A stretch of DNA of 64,000 nucleotides. It comes from SAR324 cluster bacterium (GTDB lineage: Bacteria > SAR324 > XYD2-FULL-50-16 > HCM1). The notes beneath the pieces were generated by a model, which was given only the letters and a program-made list of their open reading frames with translations, was not told where the DNA came from and ran no database searches. This document shows, in pieces, positions 29,752-37,160 of this stretch. The stretch lies in the NCBI GenBank assembly GCA_002995645.1, contig PUHO01000006.1, positions 67,623 to 131,622 of the forward strand, written 5' to 3'. The position numbers and the translations under genes are program-made. Positions within the stretch are counted from its first letter, which is position 1. The number at the start of each line of letters is the position of its first letter.

Positions 29752-30271
29752 AATAAATCTCCTCTGCTTGGTAAGATTGAAAGATAGCTTGTATATCTTT
29801 TATTTCTTCTTCTTTACAAGGAACAACAACGCCAAAGCGATCGCGCATAAAACGAGTATAATCGCGATAGGTCTTGCTAGTAGGAAATAAATGCTTTTTG
29901 TGACTTCGATAAATTAAAAGTAGCATACCTATAACGGTTGCTTCTACTGCCATAATAACGGTTGCTTCGAATATTATGGGAATAGAAGAAGGAATAGAAA
30001 TAATTGACTTTTCTGAAACAGGTAAAATCCAATCTAGCGTTGCCATACATATTAAAAACGTAGCAAAAAAACAGCCCTTCAATCCACCAATAAGAGAGAA
30101 GAAAGGAACGCGACTTTGCGGGTTGCCAAGTGCTTCTTCAATTTCATGTTGCGGAAACGGTGAATGCGTTGTTATCCCCTTAAAGTTTGCCTTTCGCAAG
30201 CTAGTAATGGAATCACACGTATCGTCTAAAAATGCAAACGTAGCCCATACGCCTATAAATTTTTTTTTCAT
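29741..30271 (-). CDS. actD: Alternative complex III membrane subunit ActD (DUF3341-like)
   Basis: 176-aa ORF. N-terminal soluble part (GVWATF...THSPFPQHEIEEALG) followed by two TM helices. Position between actC and actE. Confidence 0.75.
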   Translation of the reverse strand: MKKKFIGVWATFAFLDDTCDSITSLRKANFKGITTHSPFPQHEIEEALGNPQSRVPFFSLIGGLKGCFFATFLICMATLDWILPVSEKSIISIPSSIPIIFEATVIMAVEATVIGMLLLIYRSHKKHLFPTSKTYRDYTRFMRDRFGVVVPCKEEEIKDIQAIFQSYQAEEIYCEK

Positions 30272-30274
30272 AGT

Positions 30275-31591
30275 TTAACTCCTTCTTTTTGGCGGGGTAA
30301 GCGTTTCTTTAACTTCACAAATCGCTAAAGACGGCATGATTTTAATAAATAAGAGAAACCACATAAAAAACCAACCAAAGCTCCCGAGAGTAATCCAAAT
30401 TTCGCCCCATTCAAAATGATAACTTCGCCACATATGCGGATCAAATGAATGCGCTAATGAAATCACAATAATATTAAATCGTTCAAGCCACATTCCAATA
30501 TTAATCACAATAGAAATAACAAATAAAGAAGGAATATGAGTTCGTACCTTTTTAAACCATAAAAGTAAAGGCACAACAAGAATACAAAAAATCGTTACAA
30601 AAAAGAAAAGCTTATATTCTCCAAAAGGTTGGAACCAAAAAATAGATTTCTCAAATTGATTACCAGAATAGTACGCCATAAAAAACTCAATTAAATACGA
30701 ATAGGCAACAAGTGTTCCCATAAAAATAACAAGTTTTGCAACACCTTCTAGATCGGCGATTTTAATTATATTTTTAAATCCGGGAAAAACAGCACGAACA
30801 GGAATGATAATAGTTAGCAACATGGCACAACCGGAAAAAATAGCACCTGCAAGAAAATAAGGACCAAAAATAGTAGAATGCCAACCTGGAATACTAGACA
30901 TGGCAAAATCCCAAGACACAATAGTTGCAACAGAAAAAACTAACGGCGTTGCAATAGCGGCGCATAGTAAGTAGCCGCGCATATAATGTAGCCATTGGTG
31001 ATTAGTTCCACGAAAACGAAAAGCTAACAAACTATAACAAAAACGTCGTAAGCCTTTTGTTTCATCTCGTAATACTGCCATATCTGGAATCAATCCTATC
31101 ATAAAGAAACTCATAGAAACAGATATATAGGTAGCCACCCCAAACACGTCCCATAATAAAGGCGATTTAAAGTTAACCCATAAATGCCTTTGATTAGGAT
31201 AGGGAATAAGCCAATAAAAATTCCAAATTCGCCCTAAGTGAATTAAAGGGAATAAACCGGCGGTCATAATAGCAAAAACAGTCATTGCTTCTGATATACG
31301 ATAAACAGAAGTACGAAACGGCGCCCTTACAAGGTAAAGGACTGCGGATATTAACGTTCCGGCATGGCCAATCTCAACCCAAAAGACAAAGTTAGTTATA
31401 TAAAATCCCCAATGAATAGAGTTGTTAATACCGCTTACTTCTAAGCCGTGTACTATTTGATACCACAATGCAACGGCTCCCATTGCTAATAGAATTAACG
31501 CTATATAAAATACTAACCACCACCCTTTTTTTGGTGGCTCCATAGCTCTTAAAATATCTTCGTTAACGCTTGCATATGTAACTTCTACCAC
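30275..31591 (-). CDS. actC: Alternative complex III quinol-interacting membrane subunit ActC (NrfD/PsrC-like)
   Basis: 438-aa polytopic membrane ORF immediately downstream of actB (2-nt gap). Confidence 0.85.
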   Translation of the reverse strand: MVEVTYASVNEDILRAMEPPKKGWWLVFYIALILLAMGAVALWYQIVHGLEVSGINNSIHWGFYITNFVFWVEIGHAGTLISAVLYLVRAPFRTSVYRISEAMTVFAIMTAGLFPLIHLGRIWNFYWLIPYPNQRHLWVNFKSPLLWDVFGVATYISVSMSFFMIGLIPDMAVLRDETKGLRRFCYSLLAFRFRGTNHQWLHYMRGYLLCAAIATPLVFSVATIVSWDFAMSSIPGWHSTIFGPYFLAGAIFSGCAMLLTIIIPVRAVFPGFKNIIKIADLEGVAKLVIFMGTLVAYSYLIEFFMAYYSGNQFEKSIFWFQPFGEYKLFFFVTIFCILVVPLLLWFKKVRTHIPSLFVISIVINIGMWLERFNIIVISLAHSFDPHMWRSYHFEWGEIWITLGSFGWFFMWFLLFIKIMPSLAICEVKETLTPPKRRS

Positions 31592-31592
31592 A

Positions 31593-34500
31593 CTATCTCC
31601 TATACGTTTGCTTTTTATGTTTCACCTTCTTAAGATAGGTAACTGCAGGCTTAAAATTTAACTCTTCTAACTGTTTATAGCCGCGCTGCGTTGTTTGTAT
31701 TTCTTTAGTTAATTGACTGTTTGAATCAGCACGATTACCAAATATAATAGCGTTTGCTCCGCAAGCTTGTTGGCAAGCCGGTTGAATTTCATGATCATAC
31801 ACTATTCTATTTTCTTCTTTTGCGATCGCTTGCTTTTCTCTAATACGAGCATAACAAAAATTACATTTTTCCATAACGCCTTTTTCGCGAACGCTAACGT
31901 CCGGATTGAGTTGTAAATGTAGCGGTTTTGGAAATTCATAAGTACGCCAATTAAACCGTCTTTGCTTATACACACAGTTATTAGCACAATATCTTGTTCC
32001 AACACAACGATTATACACCATTGCATTAATCCCGTCCGGCGTATGATACGTTGCATACACAGGGCAAACAGTTTCACAACCTGCATTATCACACTGCGCG
32101 CACATTTGCGGGAAGTGTTGCACTTCTATAGCGCCTGTTTGAGCATCTTGCTCTATAAACCTTTCAATACGTAGCCAATGCATTTCCCTTCCTGTTGCAA
32201 CGCGATCTTTACCCACAACAGGCACGTTGTTTTCCGCTTGGCAAGCAATAACGCAAGCACTGCAACCACTGCATTTATCTAAGTCAATTAGCATTTCAAA
32301 CTTATACGGGCTATGATATTTTGGCGTATTATTTTCTCCTTTCAGCGCTTTTGCTTCTTCCACATTATGTGGCGTCGTATTATATAAATTCGTATTTTTT
32401 TGTCTATTTGTCGTAAAATACCGCACATGGTGATCTCTTTCTTTTTTTGCATAACTACCTAACTGACTTAAGCTAATAGTTTGCATTAAATCCCTTTGCT
32501 TTTGCGAACGATCAGGCATGCCCATTGGTCTATTAAGTTGTTTTTCATATAAATCCGTACGTTCTAGCCCGTCTAAACTAACTAAGTCCGCTTTTTCTGC
32601 CGTTCCTTTTGCCGTTACGACACGCGCATAAATCAAGTCGCCTGTTTCTGTGGTTTCACAACGAAAAAGATCCATAGGATTTAACCCTACTTTCTGGTTT
32701 TTAATTTGCAAATCATATTTTCTTTCAATATGAGCTAAGAAACTACTTTTATTACGTGTAGAAATATAACTTGGCAAAGGAACGTTACGTCCTAATCCGG
32801 TTGGCATAATTAATACGTTATCTGCTACGCCGTCATGAAGCCACGCTCCTACTTGCATTGTTGTTTGTTCTGTTTTAATTTCAACAAGGAAACCCTGTTC
32901 TACGCCTAGTTTTTTTGCTGTTGTTGGATTCATTTCAACCCAACTTCCCCAAACAAGTTGCGTTAACGGATGCGGCGCTTCTAAAAGCCACGATTTATTA
33001 CCGTTAATACCGTTTGCATTATGAAAAATACTATTAACTGCTAATAGCTGTATTTTTTCTTTTTCTAGTTTTTGCGGTTTAATCTGAAAAATGGATTTAT
33101 AAGAGAAGCTAACTACTTCTTTTTTAGTCGGCACAACGTACACGCCTTTTTGCAATGTTTTTTCCCAGAAGCTTTCAAAATCAATTGGATTAATCCCTAA
33201 TTTGAGATTTCGCCACTGTGTTTTTAAGTATTCTTTATAATTTGTTTCTTTTCTATCAGCAAGCACGTCTAATTCTTGCCCAACGCTAAGCATTAAATCA
33301 CCAATACTTTTTGTATTATATCCCGGGACTTTCGCCATAACCGGTTGTTGCAAACTATAAACGCCATTACAAGGAAACGAATCGCCCCAGCTTTCTAAAA
33401 AATGAGAAGTAGGCATTTGTAAATGCGCTTTTCTTGCCGTTTCGTCTTGTTCTGTAGATAAAGAAACAACGTACTTTGCTTTTGCCAGGGCTTTTTCTAC
33501 TTCAATTGATTTTGGCAAACTAAACAAAGGATTCACATTTTCAATAATCACTAACTCATATTTTCCGTCACGTATATTATCAAATGCTTGTTTAATACCG
33601 CTTAAAGAAGCGCTTTGGTATTGGTAATCTGCACCAAAAACAATACGTTCATTAATCGCACCGGTTATATAGTTCAGCAAATTAACGGCTAGTTGTAAAT
33701 TGTCTGCTTGCTTTGTTGCTACGTCGTTTCCACCGGCAAGAACAATAGGTCTCTTTGCTGCGGCTATTTCTTTTGCTAAAAAACTTAATTTCTGTTTTGC
33801 AATACCTGTAACGTTATGCACATATTCTAAAGAGTAGGTTTTTAGAAATGAAGCTATTTCTTCTTTACCTTCTATGTCTTTATTTGTTGTATTAAATAGA
33901 GAAGAGGCAAGGAATAAAGCAACGTACACTTCCCCGCCAACAGGGCAAGCAAACCAATGATCCGCATTCGCCGCACTTTGACTTATATGCGCTCCAACAT
34001 GTATATACTTTCCTTTTGCACCTTGTTTATATGAATGCATTTGCGCAAATCCACGAGAAAGCTTTTCTGTATACAACCAACTTTCTAAAAAATCAGCACC
34101 AAAATTCAAAAGGAGATCCGCTTTTTCTAGTTGTATTTCGGGGATTTCATATTTATTAAACGAAGCTTGATTAGCAAACATATTAGATTTAACAGGCAAC
34201 ATGTCTAAAGTCATATATTGCCCGTGCATTGTTTCCACAACGCGTTGTATTAAATCGTATATACTACCGGTACGCCTTTTGCCTATATATAATATAGAGC
34301 CTTTCGCTTCTTGCATCTTGCTAACAAGTTTTGTTTGCGCTTCTTTCCAAGTTAAGCTTTTGATCTGCTCTTTTTCAAACTCATTCGGTCCGGTTATACG
34401 ATTAGGATTATATAACCCTTGCAAAATAGCTTGCACAGAAGCACTTGCGCTTCCTTGACTTAAAGGATGATCCGGATTGCCTTCTATTTTAATAGCCCTT

Positions 34501-34712
34501 CCTTCTCTAGTTTTAACAACAATACCTATATCGCCATGATCTTCCGACGTAGTTGCAAAATAAATAGGCTTGCCCACAACGTAATCTGTTGGCGGATTTA
34601 ACATAGGAATAATAGTTTCAACCGGATCTTTAGTACAACCTACTAAAGCCGCCGCCGCTCCACTTGTTGCCGCTACTTTAAAGAAATTTCTTCGATTCAT
34701 TCCTTTTTTCAT
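31593..34712 (-). CDS. actB: Alternative complex III subunit ActB (fused molybdopterin-oxidoreductase-like and 4Fe-4S ferredoxin domains)
   Basis: 1039-aa ORF. Tat signal MNRRNFFKVAATSGAAAALVGC. C-terminal Fe-S cysteine clusters CSGCSACVIAC, CAQCDNAGCETVCP, CVGTRYCANNC, CNFCYARI. Confidence 0.9.
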   Translation of the reverse strand: MKKGMNRRNFFKVAATSGAAAALVGCTKDPVETIIPMLNPPTDYVVGKPIYFATTSEDHGDIGIVVKTREGRAIKIEGNPDHPLSQGSASASVQAILQGLYNPNRITGPNEFEKEQIKSLTWKEAQTKLVSKMQEAKGSILYIGKRRTGSIYDLIQRVVETMHGQYMTLDMLPVKSNMFANQASFNKYEIPEIQLEKADLLLNFGADFLESWLYTEKLSRGFAQMHSYKQGAKGKYIHVGAHISQSAANADHWFACPVGGEVYVALFLASSLFNTTNKDIEGKEEIASFLKTYSLEYVHNVTGIAKQKLSFLAKEIAAAKRPIVLAGGNDVATKQADNLQLAVNLLNYITGAINERIVFGADYQYQSASLSGIKQAFDNIRDGKYELVIIENVNPLFSLPKSIEVEKALAKAKYVVSLSTEQDETARKAHLQMPTSHFLESWGDSFPCNGVYSLQQPVMAKVPGYNTKSIGDLMLSVGQELDVLADRKETNYKEYLKTQWRNLKLGINPIDFESFWEKTLQKGVYVVPTKKEVVSFSYKSIFQIKPQKLEKEKIQLLAVNSIFHNANGINGNKSWLLEAPHPLTQLVWGSWVEMNPTTAKKLGVEQGFLVEIKTEQTTMQVGAWLHDGVADNVLIMPTGLGRNVPLPSYISTRNKSSFLAHIERKYDLQIKNQKVGLNPMDLFRCETTETGDLIYARVVTAKGTAEKADLVSLDGLERTDLYEKQLNRPMGMPDRSQKQRDLMQTISLSQLGSYAKKERDHHVRYFTTNRQKNTNLYNTTPHNVEEAKALKGENNTPKYHSPYKFEMLIDLDKCSGCSACVIACQAENNVPVVGKDRVATGREMHWLRIERFIEQDAQTGAIEVQHFPQMCAQCDNAGCETVCPVYATYHTPDGINAMVYNRCVGTRYCANNCVYKQRRFNWRTYEFPKPLHLQLNPDVSVREKGVMEKCNFCYARIREKQAIAKEENRIVYDHEIQPACQQACGANAIIFGNRADSNSQLTKEIQTTQRGYKQLEELNFKPAVTYLKKVKHKKQTYRR

Positions 34713-34734
34713 AATATATCCCTACTTAATACTC

Positions 34735-35385
34735 TTATTTATGACAAGCCAAACAATCAGTTGATCCTTTTATATAATGAAGCACACCGTGTGTATTTAA
34801 TTCTGCTTTTGCTTTATCTTTTTTATTTTTATCTACAAAAGCGCCGCCTCTGGTTATCCTTAACGGGATAATTACTTTTTTATTTTTAACGGCATGTTTT
34901 TTTCTATGACATTCTACGCACCATTTCATACTTAAATCAGCTTTCATTGTTTTTATTGTAATCTTTTCTCGATCCCGTATTTCACCGTGACATTGAGTAC
35001 AATCAAAACCGGCTTTAATATGTCTTTCATGTGAAAAATAAACAAAGTCGGGCAAGTCATGGATTTTCTTCCATAAAATTGGTTTTTTCTTTTCCCAATA
35101 TTGTTTTAATTTTTTAATTTGCGTTTGTTGTTCTTTTGTTGTTCCTTGCACAAGCGCATGGCACCCCATACAGGTTCGCACAGAAGGAATCGAAGCAACA
35201 GACGAACGCCTTGCCGTGGTATGGCAAAACTCACATGCTATTTCATTTTGTTTTGCATGCGTTTTATGGCTAAAAGCAATTGGTTGCCGTATTTCCGTGG
35301 CATAGGCGTTGTTTAACAAAAAAACCGTAAAAAACAAGAAAATACTAATAAAGCTTGTTTTGTATATAATATTGTATATTTGCAT
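34735..35385 (-). CDS. actA: Alternative complex III pentaheme cytochrome c subunit ActA
   Basis: Five CxxCH motifs (CEFCH, CMGCH, CTQCH, CVECH, CLACH). The ORF is open to 35433, but MQIYNIIYKTSFISIFLFF... (ATG 35385) gives a proper signal anchor. Confidence 0.85.
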   Translation of the reverse strand: MQIYNIIYKTSFISIFLFFTVFLLNNAYATEIRQPIAFSHKTHAKQNEIACEFCHTTARRSSVASIPSVRTCMGCHALVQGTTKEQQTQIKKLKQYWEKKKPILWKKIHDLPDFVYFSHERHIKAGFDCTQCHGEIRDREKITIKTMKADLSMKWCVECHRKKHAVKNKKVIIPLRITRGGAFVDKNKKDKAKAELNTHGVLHYIKGSTDCLACHK

Positions 35386-35697
35386 AGATTTTTTATAAAA
35401 ATAATAAAGAACGTGTCTTTTTATTTCTAACAAACCGGCAATATAAAATCAAGTTTTAAATGCCCCTTGTTCTAGTATATCTTTAATTTATTTATTTAAA
35501 ATTGTTCTTGCATTTATAGTACTTATTATGTTTATAATTGTTTTTAATAACTATGAAACATATATTTAATTTATAGTTATTTAAAAAAAAGTTTGACTTT
35601 ATATTTCTATTATTATATTTTGTAGGCATGTTTATATTATATAAAAGTTTTATAAGCTACACTTGATAAATTTAAAGAATATCAAATGGCACGCTTT

Positions 35698-35734
35698 TTG
35701 CCTCTCTATACTTGGTCGCATATTTAAAATATGC
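35698..35734 (+). promoter_or_regulatory. Candidate porin promoter with an overlapping palindrome
   Basis: TTGCCT (35698-35703), 17-nt spacer, TATTTA (35721-35726). A perfect 8-1-8 palindrome GCATATTT-A-AAATATGC (35718-35734) covers the -10 element. Confidence 0.3.
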
Positions 35735-35837
35735 CTTTTATGGTGATATCATGGCTTAAAGCAATGTTTTTATTAAATAAAGCCTATTTATTGCCTCATT
35801 AATATTCTTTTAACAACTATACAGGAGTTAACCTAAT

Positions 35838-37094
35838 ATGAATAAATTTTTCAAAACCGCCCTAATAACTTTATTAGGTCTTTCTTGTGCTACTATTGCT
35901 GTGGCGCAGGATACAACAAAAAAAAGCTCAGTTGATTTTTCTGGATATGCTATCGGTAGCTTTGGTTACAATATGCAAAAGCATACTGATAACACTGGAA
36001 ATGACTACAAAATAAATGAAATTGAAACAACGGCTCACGGTCGTTTAATTGTTAAAGGCACGACGCAATTGAACGATTGGACAACGCAAGGTATCTTACG
36101 TTTTGCAGCTGTCGGAACAAGTACTAGCACTGCTAACGGTGTTGAAATGCAAAGAGCTTACGCTGTTGCATCTAATAAAACAATAGAAATCAGCGCTGGT
36201 TTAATGGATCCTGCTGATATTGAATTTTCAAAAAAATATTTCAATACTAATCAAATAGTATGTGGTCATGATGATTTTAGCGAAGGTGATGAAACTACAT
36301 TTGCTGGTTGTGATTATGATGCTGGTTCTGATTTTGTCTTTGGTTCGTCTACCTACGTTCAAGTAGGTTATGTTGCTCTAGATGCACATAAAGTATACGC
36401 TTTATTCGGTCATGGTCCTAAAACAATCAAGAACGACTTTGACATAACTAAAGGTGGACAACCGATAGATCAAACAAACTTAGCAGACACACCATATGGA
36501 AGCACTTCAATGGGTCTAATATACAAGGGTAGTTTTGATGTGACTTCTACTGATAAATTAGGTGTTAACGCTGCTTTCTATTATGGTTTAGGCAAAATTA
36601 ATCCTCTGTATACTGATGTTAATAAAAATCTTGAAAAATCTACTTTTGACGGTCTTTCTATTTTTCAAACTTCAGTTTATGCAAACTATGACTACAACAA
36701 TCAAATTTCAGCTAGTTTAGGTTTCAACTACGTTGGTAAATCTACTGGTGATAAAGATGTTGAAAATAAAGACGAAGACGGTAATGCATCTAAATATAAA
36801 AAATCTGAAAGCCTTATGCGTCTTGTAGGTGTAGTAAACTATACTATTGATTCTGCACAAGGTGCTTCTGCTATTTTTACATATAATTCAGACAAAAATA
36901 AATACTGGAAAGATGGAAACGATGTAACAAGAATACAGGCTGGTCTTGGTTATTCTTATGCTCTTTCTTCTAACTTACAAGCTCTTGGCTTTGCAAGATA
37001 TGAAGGTATTAGCACAAAAACTAAAGATAAAAGTCTAAAAACAGACAAAAGATCTGATATTTCTTTAGGTACTGGTTTAGGATATAGCTTCTAA
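35838..37094 (+). CDS. Porin-like outer-membrane beta-barrel protein
   Basis: 418-aa ORF. SD AGGAG upstream, signal peptide ...CATIAVAQD, alternating beta-strand pattern rich in G/Y/D/N/T, C-terminal GLGYSF with terminal Phe typical of OMPs. Confidence 0.7.
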   Translation: MNKFFKTALITLLGLSCATIAVAQDTTKKSSVDFSGYAIGSFGYNMQKHTDNTGNDYKINEIETTAHGRLIVKGTTQLNDWTTQGILRFAAVGTSTSTANGVEMQRAYAVASNKTIEISAGLMDPADIEFSKKYFNTNQIVCGHDDFSEGDETTFAGCDYDAGSDFVFGSSTYVQVGYVALDAHKVYALFGHGPKTIKNDFDITKGGQPIDQTNLADTPYGSTSMGLIYKGSFDVTSTDKLGVNAAFYYGLGKINPLYTDVNKNLEKSTFDGLSIFQTSVYANYDYNNQISASLGFNYVGKSTGDKDVENKDEDGNASKYKKSESLMRLVGVVNYTIDSAQGASAIFTYNSDKNKYWKDGNDVTRIQAGLGYSYALSSNLQALGFARYEGISTKTKDKSLKTDKRSDISLGTGLGYSF

Positions 37095-37122
37095 TTAAAA
37101 AAGCTTCTTAACCTTTTATAAT

Positions 37123-37156
37123 CCGGCTAGAGCATTTTGCTTTAGCCGGTTTTTTT
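37123..37156 (+). terminator. Rho-independent terminator of the porin gene
   Basis: 11-bp stem CCGGCTAGAGC / GCTTTAGCCGG (one G-T wobble), 5-nt loop ATTTT, followed by a run of 7 T. Confidence 0.85.
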
Positions 37157-37160
37157 ATAC

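Noticed and set aside
1025-34458. Many 60-214-aa ORFs nested antisense or out of frame within large genes. Examples: 1688-2332 in copA, 4367-4711 in secA, 7882-8217 in xseA, 15747-16136 in the permease gene, 22277-22630 in lpxA, 28092-28340 in actF, 31802-32092 and 34201-34458 in actB.
   Set aside because: Each is fully contained in a much longer ORF with clear family motifs. Their compositions (Cys/Ser/Ile-rich, no motifs) are typical of shadow ORFs.
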